Shown piece by piece: positions 46,670-58,323 of a DNA stretch of 64,000 nucleotides. Origin of the DNA: Botryllus schlosseri (lineage: Eukaryota); NCBI GenBank assembly GCA_051294905.1, contig CM119372.1, positions 33,852,001-33,916,000 of the forward strand. The letters run 5' to 3'. Each line of letters starts with the position of its first letter. The first letter of the stretch is position 1. A program made the position numbers and the translations under genes. The notes below the pieces were generated by a model that was given only the letters and a program-made list of their open reading frames with translations, did no database searches and was not told where the DNA came from.

Positions 46670-49600
46670 TGTTGAATCCGTCAGGAACTGTACTTGTATG
46701 TATATTCAGCCATTCCAATTTCAAGCCATTATTCATGAACGAACCACATTCAGTAGGCCTACTTCATAGGTACAAACACTAGAATAATACAATCGTTCGA
46801 TTGAAGCGACATAATGTAATTTACAGGGTTTAAGTCACACACTTCAGCTAAAATGGCAATGAGGGAATATAAAAGGCCTCGGGGCATTTTATGATTGTTG
46901 CACTCTGTATGCTATATTTGGACTACAAAATGTTTAAGAGAGTATTGTTGAGAAGAACAATCGCACAACATAGTAAAAGCACTGTGTAATCATATCAATG
47001 AAAAATTTATTGAATAGGAGCAAGGCATGTGTGGAAAGAATATTTGCATCAATATGAAAAGGAAGTGTGAACATCAAGTTTGTACAGTGGAGTTAGCGGC
47101 GATTATACTGATATCAGACATGCATGATGACATTAGGTGTCAAAAAATAGCATAGTATAATTCAAGGTAAGCATTTGTACATAATTTCCCTGAAAACTCA
47201 TTTGAGTGTTCAAAACTAAAAGCCTGTGCAATTCTCGATTTGTCCCAGATTCATATCAGAATAGTGTGTAAAATCTTGTTACAGCAAGATACAGCATGAA
47301 TGTATTCATAATATGACGAGAACAGTATCTTAAAATAACATTGAAGAACTAAAAGCGTAATAAAATATATTCAGATCACTTTAAAAGTGTAGTCGTAGCT
47401 TTTATGCTGCTTTAGCTTTTCTTAAAAAACAGATTGAAAAACTTGGGTTCTGTTTATCAGTAAGTAGCGTAGCCAAGTAGGCCAAAGGTGCAAATGTCCC
47501 TGTCAATTTTCGACTAGCACTAGGGCATTACGAGGTGATTCATTTTCGAAACAGAAATGGTTGCATTGTTTGTGGTGAAATGATTCGACAATATTTCGAC
47601 ACACATAAAATGCAGGCAGAAACAGCACAATAATGGGTCAATAAGCATGAAATCCTTCGGTCTTGATCGCCTTTTTCAACTGTGTTTTCAGAGTCGCTTT
47701 ACTTTCATAAGGCAGTAATTCAAGAATATTGAAACAAGTCCGAGCGAATGGCAGATAATCATTGATGCTGACAGCATCACCGTCACTCTCATTTTTCATT
47801 TTAGGCTGAATAGTCAATTCTAATCCTTGAATAGGAATTTTACTGGAGCCAGTAGTGAAACGTAAAAATTCTTCCTTTTCGTCTTGCGATAGACAATGGA
47901 ATACTTTCCAGAACCAGACAATGACTTTCGGTTTACGCGTTAGATTATACTCTCCCGTGTAACGTGTCACCTTTTCCAGTTCGCGCCAATCGTAGTTTTT
48001 ACTTCCGCCGGCCATCTCCATTAGCTCCTCAGGCCGATATAACTTGAACACCTTGCTGTCACAGACACGCTGAAAACCGTTCGCGAAAGCATCGACAGAC
48101 TTATGCAAAACATGGTCAACGTAAGCGTTTATATAATCGTTGCGATTTTCAGCAGCAACTGCGATATTTTTTCCGTTTTCAATCAATTCAGTAGAGGCAT
48201 CGGTCGTAAAATCTCGGCAGAACGTATTTTCGACAGTGTTTTCACCATTTTCAACAAATTCAGCCAGTATCTGTAACTTTCGATCCAAAACTGGATCGAT
48301 TTGCTTCAAGTCCAATCTGGTGAGATCTGCACCCAGAAGCTTTTTATACAACTCCAACGGAAAATTCATGTCCAAAACGACACCGTTGTTGACAGCAAGG
48401 CCACAATATATTCCTACAACACGGTACATATCATCGGATACGCACTCATCGCAACTAAACCATAAATGATCAACCTCTTCACATGGCCGCAACAATTTGC
48501 GTTTAGGGTCCAATAACTCTTCGAAAAGATGTAAGAAAAAATCCTTCCGCACGCCTCTTTCATCTATGCCGTCCTCCCCAACAAACTTGACCCTAAAAGG
48601 ACGTTTCAGATTCTCAACATCTTCAATCTTTTTTATTGCATCCTCAAATAAATGATCACGTCTAATATTAACAATCAAACAAGTGCTTTCCATTTGTTCC
48701 TCGATTCCCCAGAGTGCTGCTAAATTCCTCATAAAAATGTCGTCAACTATATTTTCTTCATCTATTCGCAAATTCATGTCAATTTGTAAAAGCAGAGCTT
48801 TTGCTTTGGTACTGAATACAAATGGATAGCAGCAAAAACTGAAGCGTTCAGTTGCAACCCAATTTCGGTAATCAAATTCGAGCACTTCTGCAATGCAAAG
48901 TTCAGGCATGTAGAACTCACTGAAACTAACGATGCTTTCAGCACAGGATTCATTCACCTTGTACAACTTCTCCATCATCTTCAGAAGTGATGTGACGTCT
49001 TGCTCGCAAAAGATAGAAGCCATGATCGCGATGATGCATTTTCGACACTTTTCAATCAGTGCCAAAAAGAAACCAGATTCAAGAGACTGATACCACCGGT
49101 CCAAAATTCTTGAAGAGTATTCATCCAATGCCAGCAGTTTTTCAATGAATGGTAAAAGAAGGCTGTCAAGATTTTCTGGAATGAGAACCATCAACTCGGG
49201 CAAAATGATATACAGCCGCAAAGCTTCAATGTCTGGCGGATTTTCCCACAATGAAGGCAATAAAGATTCCTGTAAGTGAGATAGTAGTTCCGAAATTAAC
49301 TTCGTGTGTTAGCATTTCATCAACTCGGAAAATGAATTACGAACGTCCTTCAGGTTTAAACCGTGGTATTCATCACTGGTTGCACAGTGATCGGTGGCTA
49401 AAAAAGATGAATTGATACATCTTTGTGAGCTCATGGTGCATTTCAACCGTTCAAAGATATTAGAAGGAATCACACCGGATGGTCTGACACGAGAAGCCCC
49501 GTTGTACAGTGAAGCGTCGATGCTCCAGGGTTGTCTGACCAATGTCCGAAGCAAGTCCACCGACGAATCACTCATAATCGCAAAACTCTGGTTTCCACAA

Positions 49601-50968
49601 GCATATATCTGCTTGATTTCACAGGGAGAATTCGATGACCTCCAAGAGCCTTCAACAATAGAAGGCACGGCAAGACATTTCAATTTCCTATTTTGACCGA
49701 GCTGACCATTTCCCCCATCACCCCACACAAAAATACTGGAAGAATCCGGGACATACACCATTGTGTGTGTATTTCCGCATGCAACTTGTGTTACAACACT
49801 TCCTATCAACACCGATACGTGTTCAGGATTCACTAAATTCCTTGAAATGTTACCGTTGCCCAGATGTCCTTTACCTGATAATCCAAAAGTGAACAGCTGT
49901 CCATCATGCGCCAGGACTGCACTGTGATAATCCCCATCAGCTACAACAGGGTTTCTCAACTTCCCTTGTATAACGGGCCGCATTTTAACCGAAGAAGACG
50001 CTGCGGGCCGCAGAAAAATATTTACATGTATTTGTGGACTACTGTCAAATTTAGGCTAATGTAGCCTATTTACTAGTTTTCAGCTGCTGCTTGTTGTGAG
50101 ACTATGTAGCTTTTTGCGGCGCAAGCAAATCCCTTCATGGAGCGTGCATTGCATTCGATACCAAGTCGGTATATTCAACTTCAAACCCTTCCACCAGAAA
50201 ACCGAATTCTCTGTTTCAAAGCGTGAGAGAGCATGTATGAAATTACTGTAACTTTTGCGTAACGGAGGCCATTATCACATTGAGCTCTGAGTGATATGAA
50301 AAGACGTCCGGTGATCGGGGCCATTTCTGAGCGAACCAATCAACCCTTTTTCTTTCCTTCCAAGCCTGGGGCCATGCAGCAATATTTACAGCTAGTCAGC
50401 TTTGTCAAGTTGATGTTTTTGCTGGTCCGCTCCCCACGTTTGCCCAGTATGCATTTCCTCTGCATATACGTCAACTCTGATAAAATTCAACCAGATAATT
50501 AGTCATGCAATATCGGTGGATTCGTCCGAGGCTGCGTTAAAGTAGTCTATAGACGTATACGCGGCAACGTGTTTCAGAACATGCGATAAAAGATCGAATG
50601 ACATTGATGTTTCTCGTCTGGTCACGATTGAATCAGACGACTGTATCTTTGCAAGTCGTCGGGTGACGTTGTCCTTGCTACTAAGTTCTGGAAACAGCCA
50701 ATATTTGCACAGAATGTTGAGGTTTTATTGAAATAACACCTTCTATAGCAGATTTCTTGGGTTTAGCGATATTCCAATCAATTTTGAACAATGCGTCTGT
50801 AACGTCGTCTGCAATCTCAACAACCGTACGCAGTGAATCTAACACTCTTGAAAAGTGTAGCCCTACTACGTAGCGGAATTCTCTCGAACTAGAGTCCAGT
50901 CGAATACCGATTCAAAACAATAACAATCTGAAGTTGAGCATATATCAAGAAACGAGAACACATTAAAG

Positions 50969-51503
50969 CAGTGGTTCTCAAACTATTTTAGACGCGCCCC
51001 CGATTTTGATAGGGAAAATTTAGTACCCCCTTATCGTCATGTAACAAAATGCAACCAGGAGAGAGATTCTTTTTCGCCTGCACCATCGAGATGCTTTGAC
51101 GACGGAGTTGCGATACGGCAGTGAGGCCATCTAGCCTGCTACCCCGTTTTTTTCTCCTCTGCGCTATCCCTGATTGCTGAGCGCCTAGCAGGAGAGCTGC
51201 GGATACCAATTTTCGAGTCTTTGGTATGACACGGCCCAGTATCGAACCCAAAACCTACCGATCGAGCCGTCGGTCGCATAACCATTACACTATTACACTA
51301 TCTCGCTCGTGATGCTAGCAACACAAACTGCTAGTTCGATGGCATGGAAAGTTACTGCTGTTGACGAGAAAAATAACTAGGAATCGGAGATAAATTAAGC
51401 CCAGCTCAAATTTTTTTCAGTTGACCACAGCTTCGCCCCCCCCCCCCACCTTCAGATGCGTTCATGCCCCAAGGGGGCGCGTCCTCCCGTTTGAGAACCA
51501 CTG
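50969..51503. mobile_element. hAT MITE nested in the 49947-51670 element
   Basis: CAGTGGTTCTCAAA / TTTGAGAACCACTG; flanks CATTAAAG / CTTTCAAG (6/8). Confidence 0.85.
51090..51292 (-). mobile_element. tRNA-derived SINE nested in the MITE
   Basis: A box TAGTGTAATGG, B box GGTTCGATACT, then GTCATACCAAAGACTCGAAAATTGGTATCCGCAGCTCTCCTGCTAGGCGCTCAGCA central domain. Confidence 0.75.
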
Positions 51504-53310
51504 CTTTCAAGAATGAGTAATCAAACGAAAGAGAGACGGTGCGATAAAAGAACTAAGTATCTAAATTAATTTGTAAAAATACCGTGTAATTGCGTTTATA
51601 ATGAAAGATGTCGCGGGCCGCAAAATGAACGTCTGCTGGCCGCATGCGGCCCGCGGGTTGAGAACCCCTGAGCTACAAACTTGATGGCAATAAATTTTTG
51701 CATATTCAAGGGACATGGAACATTACGATTTTTCTGATCACCAAGCCCCAGCTGACCAAAATCATTTCTGCCCCAGCAAAATACTCTTCCGGACACAGTC
51801 ACACAAAAAGAATGCCATCCGCATGCTTCAACTTGAGTTACAGGTAATCCGGCTATGGATAAGACTTTGGTAGGTTTCTCAGTAGGCTCATCAATGCCGA
51901 TTCCAAGTTGCCCATAAGTATTGTCACCCATTGCTTAGACAGAACCATCGTTACACAAAACCAATGTATGAGATACACCACATGATATCTGCACAGCCTG
52001 CTTACACGGGGTAAGGGGAACACTTGCTGGGACAATTACATAAGCTTCTTTCCAACCAAGTTGTCCGTATTTATTTTCACCCCATCCATATGCACGGCCA
52101 TCTTTAGCAACAGCAAACATATGGCTTCCACCAGAAAAAATATCAACAATTTTGAACTTCGTCAAAGTTGCCATTTTTATACTAGTGGCTATGTCATTCG
52201 TTGGATCCTTACGGTTAAAGATAGTGACAGCGTGATCAGAGTCAAGAATACAGCAATGATTTTCACCACCAGCGAGAACCTTCATGCTTTTTAGTATATC
52301 ATCATCTTGTGGTATTTCTGTAGGAGATAGAATATCTCTTCTGCGCAAATAGTATGATCCACTTGCGTTATCACCCCAAACAAACATACCGTAGCACAGT
52401 TTTCACAGTCGCAGGATCAAAAATTCACATTACTAATAAATATTTCACAGTGTCTGCAACAAGAAGAGTTGAACAAATTGAATATACCGTAACAGAAAAG
52501 TTACACAAGTATTTCATTTCAAGAAGAGATGGATATATAACAATGAGGAAATACAGTGTTCTGTGTTTCAATTTACTACACCCGAACAGCAGTTAAAGGT
52601 TTGACCATCAGAGAAATCAAGGTTCTGTCAGCCAATATCGCTATACTACATCAGATTTAAAATAAAGATTTTGGGAGTCAGAGACAGCCCATTCGTTTGA
52701 AATGATCTAGCTGCACATCATAATGTAATCGATAAAAATTCAAATTCAAATATCCTAACATTAAATACTTACTAGCAAACTCAACATTTCAGTTACAATA
52801 TATTAAAACTAATAACAATGCAATAATTTGAATAAAAACACATATTGAAGGCTCACATAGTTTTTTTGGATATCCCAACTTTCACACCAAAAATTTATTC
52901 ACAATTTGCAACAATCATTCATTCGTCCTTAACCAATTTGTCATTTTAAAGCATGATATTGCAAAACCAAGAACATTCAGAATGGCGTCAAATCGTATTG
53001 AAGTCTATCGGTGGAATGCTCATTTGTCATTTCTAACAATATTTCTAACATACACAGGAGTTTAGTTCCAAAACAGTATGTATAGTGAGAAAAATTACAT
53101 GCAAGGGCATGGAAAAATCGATATATGCCAGAAAAGGAACGCTGTCACTAATTTTCAAGTAGGGTAACACTGGTTTCTTTCAATTTCTCAACCATATCAG
53201 AGTTCTGCTTACAAAAGTTAAAATTGAAGAAAACGAAAGCAACCAATGAATGAAATCGAAAATATGGTACACAAAAACATAGCTAAACTATAACAGATCG
53301 CACACTCTGT

Positions 53311-56280
53311 TTAGACTAAATAAAAACCGTCAGTCTTGATAGCAAGTTTCAATTTTGACTCCAACGCTTCCTTATGCGTATAGCGTGGCAACTCCAGAAT
53401 GTATAAGCAGGTACGTGCAACTGGCAAGTAATCATTAATGTCATCATCGGGATGTTTCTTTTTCGGCCTGATTGTCAATTTGAGTCCGTTGATAGGAATT
53501 ACACTAGAGCCTGTTAGGAAACGCACAAAATCTCTTTTTTCATTCCTTGTCAAAGAGTGCAACACTTCCCAGAACCAGTGAATTACTTCGTCTTTTTTGT
53601 AATATCCGCAATCATAAACTGTCACTTTTTGTAATTCTTTCCAATCGTAGTTTTGCAAACCAGTTAGCATATCCCTCAGTTCCTCCGGGCGGATAAAACT
53701 GAACATTTTTTCACAACAGACGCGCAGGAATCCACTCTGAAAATATTCAAATTGAACCTCGACAGAATTGTGCAAAACGTGGTTCAAATAAGCATCGATG
53801 TATTCGTGGCGATTATCTCCAGTAACCGGGATGTTCTCTCCATTTTCTATCAGTTCTGTGGATTCATTGATTGCAAAATAAAGCATATATTCTTCGACAG
53901 TGGAGCCGTCTTCTTCATCTGCCAGTTTCTGTAGATTACGGGCCACATTTGGCTGGAATTCTTTCAAGTCAGCCAGTGTCGGCTGTACTCCGAGAAGCTT
54001 TTTGTAGAACGCCAGTGGAAAGTTGATGTCAATGGTTGCACTGTGATATAGCGCAAGACCGAAAAGTATTCCTATTTTATGGTATCTGTGGTCTGGTACA
54101 AGGTTACCATCACTGAACCATAAAAGATTTGAATCCTCATTTGTTATAAACATTTTAAACTCTGGTTTAACGACATCTTGAAACAAAAGCATGAAAAATT
54201 CCTTACGCAGACCGCCGTAATCTTGGCCTTCCTCTCCGTCAAAGTTAACATATAATGGAAGTTTCAATTTTCTTTCATCACGGATCGCACGTATTGCATC
54301 AACTAAAGGCCTTTGACGATGTGCAGTGATCACTAAGACCGGGTTTTCATTCTGTTCGCGAGCATGTCTGTACGATTCATCCATTTTAATTCCTGCATCT
54401 CTATTGAACAGATTGCATTTTGCAATCAAATCATATACGAAGGGATAGTGCGAAAGGGTATGATCTTGATTTGCAGATATCGTACGTTGAAGTGGCATTA
54501 ATTCGCTTAATTGTGGAATGTAGAACTTTCTGAAATCCACTATATTCACAGTGTTGTTCACATCATACAACTTCTGCAAGAAGTTGAGTAGTAGAGTGAT
54601 TTTTTCTGTTTTAACGTCTGATGCAAGGTTTCTTTTCAGAGTCGAAACAATGCATTCTTGACAAATCCGTATAGGTGTCATAAATGAGTCTGAATTAAGC
54701 GACTGATACCATTTATCCAAGATCTTTGAGGGACCTTCAGCCAAATCCAGTAATTTGGCAACAAACGGAAGCAAAAGGCTATCATGATAATCCGAGATAC
54801 AAAATATTTTAAATTCCGGAATTATAAGATATAGCCGAAGTGCTTCAACATCGCAAGGATTTGGGTGTAAAGAAGGCAGCAAGAACTGTGTTAAACTTGA
54901 CTCAATCATTTCGATCACACGTTTGTTTTTCTGTTCCATCAACATTGCAAATAATTTTCTGGCTTGCATCAAGTCTACATTGGCATATTCTGTGCTAGTG
55001 GGGTGTTTTGCGTTTTCCAAAAATGATGAATTGAAACAGCTTTGTGAGCTCATGGTGCATTCCAACCATTGAGTGACAGCAACTGGAATTCGCCGCGATG
55101 GACTCATTTTAGAGATACGGTGACAATGTGAAATATCAATGCTGCAAGGTTGACTGTGCACGGCCAGATTTCGGTAGTCCACTGATGAAGCACCTGTCAT
55201 CACACAACACTGATTTCCACAAGCATATATCTGCTTGACTTTACATACAGATTCCAAAGATTTCCAAGGACCATCAATAATAGCAGGCGTGTTAAGATAC
55301 TCAAACGTCATACGTAGACCGAGTTGTCCTTTTTCGCCATCACCCCACACAAAAATATTGGCAGAATCAGGAACATACGCCATTGTGTGCGTTTTTCCAC
55401 ATGCAATTTGTGTCACAACACTCCCTATCAACTCAGATACTCGTTCAGGTTCCACGACAGGATCTAGAGATCTACCGTTGCCAAGTTGTCCTTTACTTGA
55501 TGATCCAAAAGTGAACAACTGCCCATCATGTGTCAAGAGTGCGCTATGATAATCCCCTCCTGCTACAAACTTCACAGCAAGTGATTCTGGCATATGTAAC
55601 GGACATGGAACATTCCGATTATTTCGATCACCAAGCCCAAGCTGGCCAAAGTCATTTCTGCCCCAACAAAACATTCTTCCAGACACAGTCATGCAAAAAG
55701 AGTGCCATCCACACGCTGCAATTTGAGTCACTGGCACGCCGTTCAACAATGAGACTTTAGACGGTTCCGGCATACCTTCATAGGTCGACACACCGAGTTG
55801 TCCATAGGAATTGTCACCGAAGGAATAGATAGAACCATCGCTCAACAAAACCAATGTGTGTGATATGCCACAGGAAATCTGAACAACTTGCCGATCCTGT
55901 GGAAGGGGTACACTTTTTGGAATGCTTACATAGCTTTCTGAACCATCTTTCCAACCAAGTTGTCCGTGATTATTTCGGCCCCAACCAAATACACTGCCAT
56001 CGTTAGTGACAGCAAACATATGGTATCCGCCAGAAAAGATGTCGGTGATATTCAATTCCTTCAACCATGTCATTTTCTCAATGTTTGAGATGTCATTTTT
56101 AGGGTCATCGTTGTAAAACAAAGTGACTGTGCCATTGGTACTGAGGACACAGCAGTGGGATTCACCACCAGCAAGTACCTTCACATTCTCAGTGTATTCA
56201 TCAGGTAGTTCAACGGGAGATAAAATATCTCTCCCATATCCATAGTAGCATCCAATCGTACTGTCGCCCCAGGCAAACAT
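53311..56280 (-). CDS. HERC4: Small-HERC (HERC3/4-like) E3 ubiquitin ligase copy B, 989 aa, intronless CDS
   Basis: RCC1 repeats (WGRNNHGQLG, FGDNSYGQLG, WGRNDFGQLG), spacer, HECT (EEGQDYGGLRKEFF; LPVARTCLYILELP; C-terminal GFYLV); 5'-UTR splice acceptor at ~56360. Confidence 0.93.
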   Translation of the reverse strand: MFAWGDSTIGCYYGYGRDILSPVELPDEYTENVKVLAGGESHCCVLSTNGTVTLFYNDDPKNDISNIEKMTWLKELNITDIFSGGYHMFAVTNDGSVFGWGRNNHGQLGWKDGSESYVSIPKSVPLPQDRQVVQISCGISHTLVLLSDGSIYSFGDNSYGQLGVSTYEGMPEPSKVSLLNGVPVTQIAACGWHSFCMTVSGRMFCWGRNDFGQLGLGDRNNRNVPCPLHMPESLAVKFVAGGDYHSALLTHDGQLFTFGSSSKGQLGNGRSLDPVVEPERVSELIGSVVTQIACGKTHTMAYVPDSANIFVWGDGEKGQLGLRMTFEYLNTPAIIDGPWKSLESVCKVKQIYACGNQCCVMTGASSVDYRNLAVHSQPCSIDISHCHRISKMSPSRRIPVAVTQWLECTMSSQSCFNSSFLENAKHPTSTEYANVDLMQARKLFAMLMEQKNKRVIEMIESSLTQFLLPSLHPNPCDVEALRLYLIIPEFKIFCISDYHDSLLLPFVAKLLDLAEGPSKILDKWYQSLNSDSFMTPIRICQECIVSTLKRNLASDVKTEKITLLLNFLQKLYDVNNTVNIVDFRKFYIPQLSELMPLQRTISANQDHTLSHYPFVYDLIAKCNLFNRDAGIKMDESYRHAREQNENPVLVITAHRQRPLVDAIRAIRDERKLKLPLYVNFDGEEGQDYGGLRKEFFMLLFQDVVKPEFKMFITNEDSNLLWFSDGNLVPDHRYHKIGILFGLALYHSATIDINFPLAFYKKLLGVQPTLADLKEFQPNVARNLQKLADEEDGSTVEEYMLYFAINESTELIENGENIPVTGDNRHEYIDAYLNHVLHNSVEVQFEYFQSGFLRVCCEKMFSFIRPEELRDMLTGLQNYDWKELQKVTVYDCGYYKKDEVIHWFWEVLHSLTRNEKRDFVRFLTGSSVIPINGLKLTIRPKKKHPDDDINDYLPVARTCLYILELPRYTHKEALESKLKLAIKTDGFYLV

Positions 56281-56689
56281 GACATCAATTTTGCAATCGG
56301 GATTGAATTAAAAATTAAGACAGCATAATCCAACCATAGCTATTCTAGTTCACTATCACCTGTAAAAAAGAAAGTCGAATTACTTGAATTTATCCAAGAA
56401 GAAGAATTAAAATATCGCATCTAACACTTTAGCATAGGTCAGATGTCCGCAAATACCATTTGGCGTGACCCAAAAATCATCTTTAGATTTGCACAACAGA
56501 AGCGTCATGTCAGCATGAAATATAGTGAAAAATACAGTGTGATCAAAGCATCAGTTGTCATTTTCTTGCACATACTAGTGCAAAATATGGCTGGCAGCCA
56601 AAAAAGTAGGTGTTTGAGCAATTGAACAATGCTTGAGCAGTTTAGATGACAATTTCACTCTTAAAAATGACTTCCAAACATAAATATTT

Positions 56690-57095
56690 TCATTACAATT
56701 GAATAGTATATTCATATTGAAAAAAACCCGAAAATTTTCGGCTGACACTCGTCAGCAACTAGTAGAGAATTGGAAAGAACATTGTACATCAACAATCGTA
56801 TCACAAAATATGACGTCACCAGCATGAAAGAGAGAGCGTTCAATGTACTATTTTTAGGTGGTACACAACTCCTTTTGTTGACAGAGTTTGGGTTGGTGTA
56901 TTTTGATTAAAGTCGACTCCAAGGCACACAAACGGAAGTGTGAACAGCCCCTCCCAACGAGGCGAAATCTGTCATCTCGATAATTATTCGCACAAATCGG
57001 ATAATCTAACAGATGTTTGCCTATGGCAGAATTATTTGCCTTTGATCGGTTAGCATCAGGCTTGAGCGGATGAGTTAAGGGTGAGCCTTTCACAG
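56690..57095 (-). mobile_element. Penelope-like element 3' fragment (GIY-YIG endonuclease C-terminus plus tail)
   Basis: SAIGKHLLDYPICANNY....FRLV......FRLCALESTLIKIHQPKLCQQKE is the typical PLE GIY-YIG C-terminus; the tail is repeated at 8760-9000 and 10575-10715. Confidence 0.75.
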
Positions 57096-58323
57096 AGCCT
57101 GGTGCACTTGTTCTGATAAATCTAGGGACATGCTGGTTTATGCGTTACTGCAGACGCTTTGACGTTCTTCCCACGTGGCCACAATCACACTGGCACTTAT
57201 ATTCGTACACTACATTACTTAGTTGAAGTGCAGTACAATGAGGTCATGCTAATGTATCTAAAATTCTCTTTGGCTTAGACTAGAATATCCTGTAGCCTGA
57301 ATTTGTGCGATGATCCACTATTTGCGGATTCCTGACCTAGACAAGGGATAACTGAATCATGGCTGATCACAAATCGCAGAGTAATACGAAGGTGATATAT
57401 GCGAGTTCAAGTCCCTGCTGCACGCCTACAGTGGAATAGTGTTCTATACATCTGACACATGATATGACAATAGCAACATACCATATTTCAGATGCATGGA
57501 GGAAAAAAGGAAATAAAACGTTCGGTAAAAGGCCTTCAAACTATACATTTGATTGATCAAACAGCGACTGTGCAAACAATGGATTGACTAACTACAACAT
57601 CCCACATGGCCAATCTTGCTGTATATTCAGCGCCTTGAAAAGCCCAGAGGAAGAGAGAGCCAAACTCTGGAAAGACGGCAGCAAAAGATCAGAAAAAGAC
57701 TGCAAAGACATTGATGTTAATGCAATTACCGTGCTGGGCGCAAATGACCAAGTTGTTAAAAGCGCTAATTATGTCAATAAAACTACAAACATCGTCCCTG
57801 AGTTAGATGTTGACATATCTCGATATGCGGTGAGTACAAGTCACTAAATAGCAACTTGAATCAGCATCTATTGCTAATGCACAATTCCATCATTGCAATT
57901 TCCATACCATCACAAAAGTATTACTGCAAAAAAAAATCATTATTTCTAACATGATAATCATCATTTAAAAACATTGCCTGACTGCGATGCCATGAAAAGT
58001 CAGAGCGGAACGGTTTCACGGATCAAACACTCATATTCGCCTGCAATAGCAAGACACTGAGTTAAGATGTTAATTATGTAAACTTGAGAATTTTGCATAT
58101 AGAAGTGTCAAGCTCACGAAAAAAAGATATAAGAGCATGTATGAGTATTGAGTACACAGCACACGATGCCAAGTCAATATGGCAGGGATAGAACTTTTAG
58201 CACAGAATAACATTAATCAATTACTACTGTCTCATTGAAGTGCTATTTTCACTCGTGGAAATGAAATGGAGCCAATTGTGGGATACATATTAAAATTTGC
58301 ACATGAGACGGTGCTAATCTAGC

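Larger units (their letters stand above)
49947..51670 (-). mobile_element. 1724-bp SPIN/Charlie (Buster-family) hAT derivative inserted in HERC copy A, with a decayed transposase at ~50290-50880
   Basis: CAGGGTTTCTCAAC / GTTGAGAACCCCTG; perfect TSD AGCTACAA; - strand remnants LFKIDWNIAKPKK, NVTRRL, YFNAASDESTDI (first catalytic D motif), KGLIG. Confidence 0.92.
47638..52387 (-). pseudogene. HERC4: Small-HERC (RCC1-like + HECT) E3 ligase copy A, disrupted
   Basis: Colinear with copies B and C; in-frame TAA at 51935-51937 (Y position in paralogs) and 49309-49311 (K position); hAT insertion 49947-51670 whose removal restores KFVADGDYHS; no frameshifts; HECT part 47638-49260 still open. Confidence 0.9.

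Noticed and set aside
14790-51292. tRNA genes at the A/B-box sites
   Set aside because: None completes a cloverleaf with a paired acceptor stem; each runs into repeat-family body sequence, so they are SINE heads.
49309-51937. TAA readthrough or an alternative genetic code rescuing HERC copy A
   Set aside because: TAA is the genuine stop of HERC B and the Shisa-like gene, and copy A also carries a transposon insertion.
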